Assembly: GCF_001194135.2 (NCBI RefSeq)
Contig: NC_068992.1
Coordinates: 58,013,249-58,077,248 of the forward strand
Direction: 5' to 3'
Source of the DNA: Octopus bimaculoides
Lineage: Eukaryota
DNA: 64,000 nt
Shown: piece by piece, positions 24,188 through 36,945 of the stretch
Position numbering within the stretch: the first letter of the stretch is position 1
Layout of the letters: every line of letters starts with the position of its first letter
Program-made: the position numbers and the translations under genes
Notes under the pieces: model-generated
What the model saw: only the letters and a program-made list of their open reading frames with translations
What the model was told of the DNA's origin: nothing
Database searches by the model: none

Positions 24188-27065
24188 TATATACATATCA
24201 GTGTTTTGTTACATTGCCACTTAGCAACTAAATGATTCCCAATAAACTTATAAATATTCTAAGAGGGACTGGCCAAAATACTACAACAGCTTAGTTTATT
24301 TATATTGCCCGAAACTATTTTTCACTATTCAAATATTCTCATTATTCTATTTTAATTTTTTTTTCGTTTATTTTAAAAATTAACTATAACTACTTCTATT
24401 TGATTTTTTCATTAAGCCTGCTATCAAATATTTTCCAAAACAAACAAATATATGTAAATAAATATACACTAAATTCAAGCACGCACACACACATTTATAT
24501 GTGTGTGTATTAGTGCGTGTATATATCTATATATATAGTCTATTTCCCTACTAAATTAATCTGGTGGTACCAAACAAATCGATACCAGAACAGCTTGAAA
24601 ACTATGCAGTTAATTTCAGTCGTTATATTGATTGCTATTATCATGTTTCCCCTTTCTTTCATAGAAAATAACCTATTTGTCCCCTAGGGAAACATCCCTC
24701 ACCTTTCATTAAGGCAGTGGCTATATTTCCCTTACCTTGAATTACCATCCTCTTCTGACAGAATTTGGGAGACTGCACTGCACATAGGTGTCAAATGAAA
24801 TTTGACAGGTTCTTGGGGACTGATCTTGAAAAGTTAGACAGTTGTTAATTATTTTTATTTTCAGCCGGGTCTGTTCTCCTCCTTTCTCTTTTGTCTTGTC
24901 GGTAGTGTTGTCATTTTATATTTTAGACACTAAGACGAGACATTGATTTCATAATTCTCGTTGCAAAAAGCAAAAGATAAGTCAAATATGAAGACGTTAG
25001 AATAAACGTGTGTGTGTATATATATATTTGCTTTTAAATTTAACCTTAAGTTGTATTTATTAATCCTTCTTGCTCGCAAATAAAGGTAAAATAACATCGT
25101 GTCCTACCTAAATTAGGCACAAGATATGATTGAAAATTTCCTTTAATTATGTGGAATCTACTTGATGATATCATTATCAATCTAAAAATTCGTCCCCTTT
25201 ATATCTTGTTCTATTTTTCCTTCGATAAATTTTCCCTCTTCGATCAGATGATTTATTATTTTATTGCCACCTTTTTTTTTTCTATGAATGCATATAAAAT
25301 ACGATAGAACTTATTAAAGAATCATTCATCTTTTGTACTTAGTTATTTTCCACCGAGTAAAAACAAAAAACAAAACAAAACAAAAATAACTTCATCAGCT
25401 GAGCTGCTACCTGCATATTTATGACAATTTCGCTTGAGATAATATTTATCATTTATAATATATATATATATGTTTTTTATATCTGGAAGGGGATTGCACA
25501 AAGTCTTCTTTATTTGTGTTTTATTTCTACATAATTCTTTATATGCAATTTCAATCCGATGAAGATATTGCATTGCCCGACCGAGCACAAGCAAAGGAAG
25601 ATAGCGAAATAGTTGCAGAGAGAGAGAGAGAGAGAGTGCTAGTTAATCAACCTCTATATATTACTGGTATTCTGTTTTGACTTAGAGAAGACAAGTCGAT
25701 TCTAGTGATATATTATCTCTACAGTAAAGAAAGTGTTTAAGACATTTCCATAAATGATCTATACCTCGGTAGTCATCCGATCTTCCCCACCTATAACTGC
25801 TTCTTTCATTTATAATTTTAATTAGTATTTGTGAGCAAATTTCGCTATATTTATGCTGTTAGTATTCTTGTCCAAGAGCTCGAACATAGCTTCTTTGCTG
25901 AAGATAATCCAGTTATTATATTTATTTTTGCGGTTTGATTATGTTCATTGTTTCGTTCTTTTAACAAATTTTTGTTTCTAATTCAGAATGTCAGAAACAA
26001 ACTAGATTGATTTTAAAATTTACATTGTCAGTTTAGCCTTTCTCTCTTAATCTTTTAGCTCTAAAGAATTAATTGTTTCCGACTTAACAGAAAGGATCTG
26101 GTTATATTTTCTCTCTAATATATTTGTCTATATATATACTAATAATTACGCAATTAGTTTTGTTATTTGAATAAACACACGTGTAATTAAATACACATAA
26201 ATGTTTATGTGTATGTACATAGACAAACGCATTCATATATATTATTTTGGCCAGTCATAACTTGCCTGAAAGCCCCAGCGAAACTGAGACTAATAAGAGA
26301 CTGACTCGTTGCAAAATAAAATATTATTAATCTTTACTATAGTCAACACTTAACGGATATATATATTATGTAAACATATGCATACATATGTTTAGTCATG
26401 TGTGTGTATGATGGTGTATGTAAACAGTTCCTCATTATATTAACTTCAGGGGCCGGTGGTTTGTAGTGGGATGGTCAGTTACCATTAGCCTCGAATATTA
26501 TACTCGATTCAGTTTTATGGTGTAGTAACTAAATTTTCTCTGTGTCCACGGTTTTTATTTTTCTTCTGATGGTTAAATATTGTTTCTAATGGTGATATAA
26601 TTCTAGAAGCGAGTTCTTTTAAACGACTTATCTGATAGTTTTGATACTCTTCTTAACGGTTCGACTTCTATAGTATTTCCTCCATTTATAATCCTTATTA
26701 ATTAAAAATGTGATAACCTTATATATACAAACGATAAAATTAAATTCGGTTTGTTCATATTTAAAGATTTTTATGCACTTGATGAAAAAAAAAAAAAAAG
26801 TATTTTCTATTTTCGTCTCTCACGATTTGTCTTCCCTGCTCTTACAAATATAAAAATATTTACAACAATGAATGGGATTGATAAACTATATGACTCATTA
26901 ACATTATATATTATTGACATTACATACTAATATATATTATGTATTTTTATATTGTAAATGGGGATGGAGGTTAATTGACAGTTATGAACTATCAGTAGAA
27001 TGTTTTGAGTTTCGAACTAACATTGGGTTTCTATTGTCTATCGTCTAAATCAGTTGTACATATAA

Positions 27066-27107
<42 letters not shown>

Positions 27108-27473
27108 GGTGTCTTGGATAAACCACGAAGATGCTGAGGGAAGAAGAGAAAGAAACGGGTACTTGTTGACTGCGGAAGTCATAGGGGCCTTGAGTTTTAG
27201 TGTTGTGCACCTGTCGATAGGTAATTTTACTTACAGCGGTTTAATGAATTGAGAAAACCCAACCCTCTCTATGCCTAAAACAAGTAAGACATAAAAACTG
27301 CATATAAAAAAACAGAATGAGTGTCGGGACTAAGGAATGATAGCCCAAGCTAATCAGGCCTCTTAGTCTTAGGTACAATAATAATGCCGAGCGGAATGTG
27401 TTGCAAGAGGAAAGGCAGATATGCAACACCGGTAAACCAACCATCTTGTTGTCATTTCGGTCGGTCAAACCCC

Positions 27474-27867
27474 GATATACCTCAACTTACGCGCATATAC
27501 CTCAACTTACGTCGGTTCCAAGACTTGACTGAAAAAAAACGACTTAACACGAAAAACATTAAAGAAAATTATTAGCTTACATCTGTTTTATTAAATGGTT
27601 TGTACATATTTCCACGTATTTTATTTGATTTACCACTTGAGTTTTAGTTTTTAAAAATTTTATGTTTTTTAAATATGTTCGGTGAGACCGACATTAAGTC
27701 GGATAAATCGATCGAAGTTGACTTTTATTTTTTTTGCATATAACACGTATGTATATAATGCAAAACCATATTAAAAATCCAAATTCAAAACCGGATAAAA
27801 AAAAAAAAAACAACTGAAGTCGAAAAAAGATGTAACTCAAAGCGACGTGTGTTGAGGTATGTCTGTA
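27474..27867. mobile_element. pogo/Tigger-like MITE
   Basis: atatacctcaacttacg (duplicated) at the left mirrors cgacgtgtgttgaggtatgtctgTA at the right; ends in TA. Confidence 0.6.
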
Positions 27868-28328
27868 TTAGTTATATACAGATTCGATTCATCTAAGTAT
27901 ATTTCGTCTTGAATAAGAAGAAAAGAGAGAAAAAAAAATGGACAGCAACTGTTGTTTACCGAAATGTCATTCAGCTGTGGTATAAAGACGAGCCGAGCTA
28001 AATAGAAATTGATGTTAGGCTAGATTCAGTGCTTGAATCACACACCATACAAATATGGTGTGTATAGATCTATGTTGCCCATCAGCCGCTGCTAGCTAGT
28101 TGTTATTGTTTAGCACCTTTCCTCAACCTGTTAGTCCTGATTGAACAGGCATATGATCAAAAGCATTCCATCTATGGCCATCTCGTCTCATTGAACAATG
28201 TAGGTCTAGGTATTACAACGTCCTTTCCTTTTTTAAATGGCAGGGTGCGGTTAGAGTGAATTTGGCTACGATTTCCAGACCACGGAACAGTTATGACTAC
28301 TTTCTCTTTGGTTTGTTCACTGCCAGTA

Positions 28329-28665
28329 AACTGTTTCTCAACCATTTTTTAAAAATCTGGCAGACCCCCATAACCATTCGATGTTTAAAAACTAATTTTA
28401 TAGATATTAACCATTTCGGTTAATGTTTACAATAGTAAGCATTAACCGATATTTCTTTCAAAATTCCCATTTTGTTATTTACTCATTAACTTGTGTAAGT
28501 TGAACCATGTAAGATGTTAGGGAAAGAAACCTAGCCGTTTCTTGCATTACATAAATTTAAATCAAAACTTTTCATGCTTCTTTAAATACTACTATGGATC
28601 TCCAATTTACTATTTTGGTCGCTTGGACCCCCGTGGGTCATATGGACCCTGGTTGGGAACCACTG
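28329..28665. mobile_element. hAT MITE (old)
   Basis: ctgtttctcaacc ... ggttgggaaccactg termini; internal ggaccccc motifs as in 7745-8618; no TSD recognisable. Confidence 0.6.
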
Positions 28666-28964
28666 ATTTAGATGAATAATAATTATGATAATTTGATTTT
28701 TGTATCTGGTATGCAAGATTCCTTATGTGAATTCGTGTGTTGAAACAAATTTTGTTGTGCCTTAATAAAAAAACAAAACAAAAAGGAACACAGCTTCAAT
28801 AAAGGACGGTCAAAGTCAAAATCCATTGATACGGTCGCAGATGTGGCGACGAAAAAGCTTTCTGGAATGAATAAATAGATAAATGAGTGGAAATTGAACC
28901 GGTTTGTATGTTACATTAAGGTAGCTGCCTCTCCAGACACGACACAATTATAATTCTCTCTAAT

Positions 28965-29165
28965 TTTGGCACAGGGCCAGCACTTTTAAGGGGAGGGAGA
29001 AGTCGATTACAAAGACCCCCAATGTTCAAATGGTACTTGTCGATTCCTAAGGAATGGAAAGCTAAGTCGACCTTGACGGCATTTGAACTGATACCGTAAA
29101 GAGCCGGAAGAAATGCCGCTAACCATTTTGCCTGGCGCAGTGACGATTCTGACAGCTCTCCGCCT
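28965..29165 (-). mobile_element. Family C SINE
   Basis: aagtcgaccttgacggcatttgaac...gaagaaatgccgctaa...gacgattctgacagctc. Confidence 0.8.
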
Positions 29166-29499
29166 CATTAATTTATAATAAAGCTTTCTTTAATAACACT
29201 GATCGAGGATGGTACCGAGCGATATAGCGTGAGATCATACACACATACTCACACACACGCACAAACTAAACGCGAAGATTAGCCAAAAAGAAAAGTAAAC
29301 AATAAAACCAAAGGAAAAATTCCGTGGACTACTCGTGGAAAACCCTTAAAGCATGGTCACCCTGACTACTAGGGCAAGTGCCCTTTCTCTCGGTTGTCTG
29401 TCTCTAATTTATGGGCGCGTGTTCACAGCAGGTTCGTTCACTCGGTCCAAGTTCGCAATACTCCAATCTACCTTTCAACAAATTTGCTGGAAGGGAGCA

Positions 29500-29805
29500 C
29501 TTTCGTCTCCCGATATTTATCCTTTTTAGGCCTGGTACTTATTTTGCTGAACTGCTAGGTTACGGGGTCGTAAACGCACCAACACTGGTTGTCAAGCGGT
29601 GGTGGGGACAAACAGTTACACACATACACAGGACAGACTTCTTTCAGTTTACGTCTACTAGATCCACTTTGGTCGGCCCGGGGTTGTAGTAGAAAACACG
29701 TGCCCAAGGTGCCACGCAGTGGGACTGAACTCTGGATGTAAAGTCTGGAAGAAATGCCGCTAATTCCCTCTGTTCGGTGGGTTAGTGATTCTGTCAGCTG
29801 GCTGT
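29500..29805 (-). mobile_element. Chimeric SINE: family C head on a family A body
   Basis: Switch occurs at gggactgaac|tctggatgtaaag, inside the B box. Confidence 0.7.
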
Positions 29806-30630
29806 AGTAGTAGTAGTAGTAGTAGTTTTTTGCCACCAGGGCGACGGGTGAGGGAGACAGTAGACCGACAGATATAAAGTGTGGGGGTTTATTCTCCTGT
29901 GGATAATAAAAGAAATAATAATAGTGTTCTTGCATTAACTCGAGATTAAGGAAAGATGTATGTGCTATAAATTCGTTCAATAGATGATTGCATGATTAGT
30001 GTTTATTTTATCAATCCTAGGGGGATGAATTGTAAAATCAACCTGAATAGGATTTCATGTTAAAGGAACGGCACAGGATACAGTACTCTACCTTTTCTGT
30101 CACTCTACCCTCACTCACCCTGGTAATAAAATAAGTGCAGTAATGGTGATTAAGACTAATGGTGTCAAATAGCGCAACTCGTTATTGATTAGATTCTTTT
30201 TTCATTGCCTCCTACACATTGCTTCTAGTAACTGTTATAAAGACATAGGTGCAACAGTAACACATAATAAATATACATATAAGCTGACGTGCATGCATGT
30301 GTGTAATAAATATACACACACGTTTTCTCCCCTATCTCTTCCTTTCTCTCCCTTATACATAAGTCTTGCTGGCGTCGTTGTTTTGCTAACATGGACACAA
30401 ACATTAAAGTATTGTAGTGATAGAGCGAGGATCAATATCATTCTCTTTGATCTTTGGAGGTTCATAGAGTTAAATGTCAGTAACGCTGCACTTCTTTTAA
30501 ATACGATAGTTAGTTATTTTTTTCTTTAACCTTCTAGTTTATTAAAACTATCTTCTGGTGTTTAGGATTTACCTTGATGACTTATCAGAGTGTCTATACC
30601 AGTTTTTAGTGGCAGTATGCTGTATCGCGT

Positions 30631-30645
30631 GTTGCCAGGGGCAAC
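30631..30645. promoter_or_regulatory. RFX X-box motif
   Basis: GTTGCC-AGG-GGCAAC fits GTNRCC(N0-3)RGYAAC with perfect half-sites, in non-repeat sequence with nearby CpGs. Confidence 0.4.
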
Positions 30646-31170
30646 GGTTGGCATTAGGAAGAACATAACATTGAACCATAACACTGCTTTGAAAAGTCAT
30701 CTCTAACTCATACCGACAAGGAAAAGCGAGCGTAAAAACGAAGTTCTACTCTTTGTCTAACTCAAAGTAGTTCAAGCTCTCAGTGTCTTCCTTGTTGAAT
30801 AAGCACAGAATGCGTAGTCTTCTGATCATACGCTTTCAATTTCTCCATTGAAATTAATTTTCACTAGCACACTAATATGCCACTACGGTATATTCAACAG
30901 CTGAGTCCACTTTGCTCTGAGTAGGCACTGCAGCATGCTATGGTATATTAAACACTGGCTGCACAGTAAAATTCGTGATTAGTTGGTTGGCTGCACTGAA
31001 TTCAACCGTCAGTTGGAACAACTACTTGCAATGGACTGACATCTTGTGAGAATGGTCTCTTATCTGTTTACTATCAATAGAACCATGGATAAGCGCTGGA
31101 TCGATGGGAATTGGATCATTCAACTTGTTCCAGCAATCTAAAGTATGAGTATAAATCTGGAATATATATA

Positions 31171-31204
<34 letters not shown>

Positions 31205-31302
31205 NNNNNNNNNNNNNNNNNNNNNNNNNNNNNNNNNNNNNNNNNNNNNNNNNNNNNNNNTTTCGAAGAATTACAAATTATACGATCCATAGGTTCCCAT
31301 GC

Positions 31303-31390
31303 ATTTCCCTGAAGAGAAGATTATATTTTTAACATCGCCAATTCCCATGGATCGTATAATTTGTAATTCTTCGAAACATATGTTGGAAAT
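31303..31390 (+). ncRNA. Type I hammerhead ribozyme motif with long stem II
   Basis: AUUUCC-CUGAAGA-GAAGAuuau...guaauUCUUC-GAAACAUAUGUU-GGAAAU: 6-bp stem I, G10.1-C11.1 pair, palindromic stem III ACAUAUGU, GUU site at 31384. Confidence 0.8.
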
Positions 31391-32109
31391 AAAAGTGTGC
31401 AGTTAATATATGCGTTTTACTCCATTCATTAAATTTATATATACTCAAGTACCCAAAATATCAAGGAGTTTCTACCTCATAAACAGGAGTTACACTACAG
31501 TTATTTTGTGATCTTTGCTACCCTGGTATCTATTAACCAATTTATTTTGTCCGAGTTATTTATTAATTAGGAGAAAATAAATACATATAATAATATATAT
31601 ATATATATATATATACATTAAGCATCCATTTTTTTTTTTCATGCTTGTGTGTAAGGGTGAAACGAAATTCATTGAGCTAGATCTTTTACTGTTGGCTGCC
31701 CTTCCTGTTGCCAATTTTCACGTATTTTATGCATGGTAATATTTCCTCAAGATTTTCAAACACAAGCCACACGTTTGCTTGCTGTTTTCATGGAAGACTG
31801 AATGAATGACACCACATATTTACAATTAGCTTGCAAAGTCAAGTTACAAACACAAGCATGTTTACGCGCACACGCACACACACACATGTATAGAGAGATG
31901 GGTTTCTTTCAGTTTTCATTTACCAAACCTACTCACTGGACTTTGGTCTGCTCAGAACTATAGAAGACACTTGATCAGTGCTACACAGTGGGACTGAACT
32001 CAAAACCACTTAATCACAGTTTCTCTCTGTGGTACAGGCCTGGGTTTAAGAGTTTTTTAAACTTTTTTTGTTGTGGGAAGCTAGTAGTTGCCATGTCCTC
32101 TTCACACCA

Positions 32110-32340
32110 TGCCACTGAAGTTTATCCAAGGGAGAAGCTACTGACTTGGGCAGACATAGCTTGTAATCAGTATCATTGTAAGCTTTGCTGCCAGAATGTA
32201 AGGAGTCAGAAGAGACACTGCAAAGCATCTTTCCTGACCCTCTAACAGTCTGGCCAATCCACCGCTCCTGGATTGGTATTGGTGAAATAAACAGTGGAGA
32301 TGCTTTGTCTCTTGCAAAAAACTGCAGGAACTATTCAGAA
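32110..32340 (+). pseudogene. Possible L1/Tx1-type zinc-knuckle (zf-RVT) remnant
   Basis: YPREKLLTW..ACNQYHCKLC, then frameshift, ECKESEETLQSIF resembles LPTRDRLxxW..CxxC..ETxxHxF. Confidence 0.35.
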
Positions 32341-32464
32341 TTTTTGCAATCTCCTCTTCTAAATCCATTGCAATGTTGGAAACCCTCGTGTATCATCTGC
32401 AGATATCTCGGGGTTTACAGGCTTCCCTTAGCTTGTACGCTTCACCAAAGTGGAGCAGCAGGGA

Positions 32465-32750
32465 CTGAATTAGTCTTTTACCTGCCGAAGGGTTCCACTT
32501 GCAGTCTTGTAGTAATCATAGTCACTTTGAGTTGGTTTCAGCTACTGTTCCTGTCTCCTTGGTGGTTTACCTCAGTTGCTTGGATTCTAAACCAATCTTC
32601 TGTAAGAAATAGCACACTGATCTAGCTGGAAAGCCATGCTTGCCATCCTTTGACAAGTGCCTTGTTGACAAAGTCTTGATATTTTGTTTCCTTTAGCTGG
32701 TGAGAAATTTCAAGTCTGTCTTTCTAGAGTACTGTAAGTTCAACCACAAT
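32465..32750 (-). pseudogene. HERO/R2-like non-LTR retrotransposon, RLE domain C-terminus
   Basis: IVVELTVL*KDRLEISHQLKETKYQDFVNKALVKGWQAW / GFPARSVCYFLQKIGL..KQLR*TTKE..VAETNSK*L*LLQDCKWNP follows the VELTVPWE..K..KY..GW.AW..GFP..WLW pattern. Confidence 0.8.
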
Positions 32751-33124
32751 CAACCACAAAAAGGATGAAAAATGAAGTTAACCTTGGCAGGATTTGAACA
32801 CAGGACACTGAGTATTGGAACATATATATATATAAGGCATTCTATCCAATGTGCTAATGTTTCTGCCAATACACCACCATATTAATAAAATGGTTATAGT
32901 TGAGAAAAATACTTTAGTCTGAGATGGTCTGAATTGGCAGAAACAAAAAGTGGTAAGAAGGGATCTACAAACATTGGGACCCACAGAGGGGATGAGAGGG
33001 GACTGAGACTCCTGGTGGTTTGCTGTGCTTAAAAAGACACATCAAGATAAGTAAAAACTTGATTGCTCTTGTATTCAGGCTTGGCTCTTGCAACCCTCTC
33101 CAGCTGAGCATCTTGTGAGCTTGT

Positions 33125-33335
33125 AAGTGCTGGTGCCATGTAAAAAGCACCTGTAACTGGTGCTGTGTAAAAGCACCCAGCACACTCTGTAAAGTGGTTG
33201 GCGTTAGGAAGGGCATCCAGTTGTGGAAACCATGCCAAAACAGACATGGAACCTGAACAACGCTTCAGCTGGTCAGCTTTTGCCAAACTGTCCATCCCAT
33301 GCCAACATGGAAAATGGGCATTAAATGATGATGAT
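33125..33335 (+). mobile_element. RTE 3' UTR copy
   Basis: gtaaaaagcacc..cacactctgtaaagtggttggcgttaggaagggcatcc...gccaacatggaaaatgggcattaaatgatgatgatg. Confidence 0.85.
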
Positions 33336-33876
33336 GAAAAACAAAGCATGGGCATGTTCCATGTGGCTTTCAGTTCAGTCCCATTCTGCAGCATCTTGGC
33401 CAAGTGTCTTCTTTTATAGCCTGCGCTGATCAATGCTTTGTGAATGAACTTGGAGGATGGAAACTATGTAGAAAGGCCATTGTATATATGTGTGTGTGTA
33501 AGTATGTCTGTGTGTTTATATCCCACCCCTACTTGACAACCAGCATCAGTTTGTTTGCATTCCTGTAACTCGATGGTTTGGCAACAGAAATTGATAGAAT
33601 AAGTACCAGGGGTGTTTTGCTTAACAGAACCCTTCAGGGCATTGTCCCAGTTGTTGCAGTTCAACGACTGAAACCATGAAGGTTGCTTTTCAAAACTTAA
33701 TCAGCTCATTTGTTATGAGAAGTGTCTTCTGACATTTTGGGTAGGATTTTTCTACAGAACAAGCGCTTGGTTTGAACTCCTGATCTTGTACTAACTAAAG
33801 CATCTAAACTTAACACACAGTGAAGTTTTGTTCCTCCTACAAGGAATTATCAGCGGCTATGTCTGATGGAGCTTAA

Positions 33877-34079
33877 CCCTTTAATATTTAAACCAGCCAT
33901 ATCTGGCCCAAATATGTTACTTGTTTCATGTTAACACTGACCAGATTCAGCCTCTTACACCTACTCTACAATGTCATTCTAAAAATAAGCAACCACATCA
34001 TCAAAATCTTGAAGCTACAAGACAATGTATGATTACTTCAAAACAGTATTAAAATTGGAGTAATCTGAATGCTTAAGGG
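33877..34079 (+). mobile_element. piggyBac-type MITE
   Basis: TTAA|CCCTTT ... AAGGG|TTAA; homologous to 63024-63243 in the opposite orientation. Confidence 0.85.
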
Positions 34080-34869
34080 TTAAGTTAGGACCACTAGTGA
34101 TGTCTCTCTCTTGTCTATTAAACTGTTCAAGACCAAAATATACAGTAGTGAAGCATGTAAGTTTTTTAGTGCTTCTGTTTCTCATAGTGGTGGCCTAACC
34201 CCAAAAACCTGCAGCAGCTAGCTACAGTGGATCGTTTAAATTTTGTTGTTCTGGTGCATCGCTATGCCAGTGAGGAGATGCAAACTAACTGTTGACTCCT
34301 CATTTATTCAGGTTGTCATCTGAATAAATATGCCAGCTCCTGATTTGTGGAAGGCTGTGTGTGAGTACATATTTGCATAGATGCATAGTAGTTGCAGTGT
34401 CCCAGATATGTGAACAATACTTCTAATGTAAGGCATATCTGAATTCAAGGATTAGCAATTATGTACTAAGTATATTTGACAAATACATCATATGTTCAAA
34501 CATTAGTTTTGTTGGTCAAGTTGGCTGAGGAATGGTGATCATTATTTAGTGTAATTGCAATATGGGATGGTAGTAGTAGTAGTGGTGGATATTTATGCTA
34601 GGAGACGAGGGTCAAGGTATACTTGTGTATAACAAAATTATGAATTTTGTCTTTGCAGATTGTTCAGGAATTAGTTTGGATTTTGTAGTCTTAAATTACA
34701 TTTAAAAAAAACCTGTTGCTCATTGTGAAACCCCTTCTAATAGTGTACCATTGGAGAAATCGATATAGGTTGATGGTCATAGCTGATACTTTTGAACCGA
34801 AGTTTGTTTAATGAAACCTGACCTTTGTGTAAGCTGTAGAGATAGGTTAGCTCTCCCAGGTCTATTATG

Positions 34870-35075
34870 AGCCTACAGGCTCACTAAATTGGAGTTTATC
34901 CCACTTCCTGTGGTGTATAAGTGACCAATACCCTTCCCTAAATGGGACACCTGTTAGTTGGTTGTAGGGTCAAACCCCTCTGTTGTTACTGGTACTCATT
35001 TTCAGCTGGGTGAACTGGAGCAATATGAAATGATGTGCTTTATTCGAGAACACAATGCACAACTCCACCTAAGAA
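34870..35075 (-). mobile_element. SINE, head H2 + degenerate tail T1
   Basis: Reverse complement tgtgttctcgaataaagcac..ccagttcacccagctgaaaatgagtacc...gtgtcccatttaggg..caccacaggaagtgggataa..gagcctgtaggct. Confidence 0.6.
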
Positions 35076-35509
35076 TGAAAACCATGATCATACTGTGAGC
35101 TTTCATCACAGAGATAGGTTAACTGTCTAAATATATATATTAAAAAAAACACACACAGAACATCAATACAATAGATTCTATGCAGAAAGATATATCATCA
35201 TTAAAGATAAGATAAAGTGTCTGATGCAGTGCCTGGGTGCTTATGCACTGAAAGTATGATGGGGAGAGCGGGAGGAAGAGACGAGATGAGTTGGTATGTG
35301 TGGAAGTGTTTTGTAGGTTTGGTGAGTTCAGACAAGTGGAGTCTGTTGTAGTTAGCTACAATGTATAGTGGTTACAATGGAAGATAAATAGCTCAACTGT
35401 GGACCAGTTTTATGGCCTGTTGACGAACGAAAGACTAATCAGAAAAATGCTGTTGTTTAGTGTTTAGTCCTAGGCAAGCCATGATTGAGCGGACCTGTTC
35501 CAGTCATTA

Positions 35510-35945
35510 CCATTTGGTCTTTTACTTTTTACCTGCTTCAGTCATTGGACTGCTGCCATGCTGGGGCATCGTCTTGAAGGGTTTTTAGTCAAAGAGGTCG
35601 ACTCCAGTGCTTATTTTGGATCTAGTTTTTTTCATTCGCAAAATATGCATTTTTTTAAAGACAGTAAAAAATCTGAAAATCGGCATTTATTCTATCAATC
35701 TCTTTTACCGAATCGCTGACGTATACAAACCAAGATCGGTTGTCGAACGTGAAAGGAACACAACCATAAAGACGTGCACACACATATAAGACGGGCTTCC
35801 ATTTAGTTTCCTTTTTCTAGATTAACGCGCAAGTTATTGGTTGACCCAGGGCTATAAAGTTTGACACCTACCCAAAAGGCTGCGCAGTTGCACTGAACTC
35901 AAAACGATGTGGTGGCACAACGAGTTTCTTCATAACACAGCCATT
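35510..35945 (-). mobile_element. Family A SINE
   Basis: cttcagtcattggactgctgccatgctgggg ... cagttgcactgaactc..cataacacagcc. Confidence 0.8.
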
Positions 35946-36812
35946 CCTGTTTTGGGATTACACACCATCTTACTTCTTCCTTTTTATAATAATAATGAAA
36001 TTATTGTGTGTAGTGCCCAGGTGCACTACAGCTCATTAAAGGTGCACGGACAAAGATAAGTTGTGATATGTGGAAGGTTTGGCTGTTATTTCTAGCAGGC
36101 CTTGCTCCTTCATTGGTTCAGTTGAATGTGTTGGAATCTTTGAAATTATGAAGTGTTATTGTCTTTTAGCCTCAATGCATTCGAGTTATTTTATTGGCAG
36201 AGTGTAAGCTAAAAACTACAATAAACAAATACTTTATTATAGTGTATCGACACGCTACTTTCCTTTTAAGATAAGGGAGATTTTGGCATAACTGCAGATT
36301 GGTGCCCTCGGCTTTGTATTCGTATAGTCTTCTGAAGAATACACATGTTTTTAAAAATGAAATGTTGCAGAAACCTTTACAAGGTTGTAGATTATGAGTA
36401 AGTTGAAAGCATTAAACAAACTTATTGTTTTTAAAGGAATTTTCGATCATCCTTCTCCCCACCACACGGCTCGACTTTGCTTCCGCAAGGATTCTTTTAA
36501 GAAAATTTAAAGTGTGTATTTTTAAATGACATCTTTTTTGCAGATATATGTTTTTGAGAGTGCGGATTACAATTTATGTTGCTAGAATTTGGGGGAAAAA
36601 AAATAAATTTTTGAGCTGTTTAAGTTTGTTCTTTCATCATCGACTCAATTCCAACATTAATTACGATCAATTTCCGTAACTTCGGCATTTTATTCTTCTT
36701 TTCTAATCATACGTAATCAACACTCTTGAAAGCACTTTTCTGCCAAACCTCATTTAAAAATTTGCATTTTAAAGAATAATAATCAGGAGGCTGGGGAGGA
36801 ATATGAAATCCC

Positions 36813-36945
36813 TTAACCTTTTTGATACCAACATGCACGAGACCGCCCATGATTCTATGATATAAATTTCTCGTTTTAAAGTGATCTAAATTTAAAATCT
36901 TCCATCACAATTTCATGTTTGAAACAAAGACAGTGTATTTCAACA
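36813..36945 (+). mobile_element. Second piggyBac-type MITE family (fuller copy 45842-46075)
   Basis: ttaacctttttgataccaac..gagacc..ttctatgatataaatttc shared with 45842; the 45.8-kb copy ends aaatgggctaa. Confidence 0.6.

Noticed and set aside
34310-34358. Small exon-like segment (ttattcag|...|gtgagt)
   Set aside because: All three frames have stops; only a 10-codon ATG-led stub remains, too little to support.
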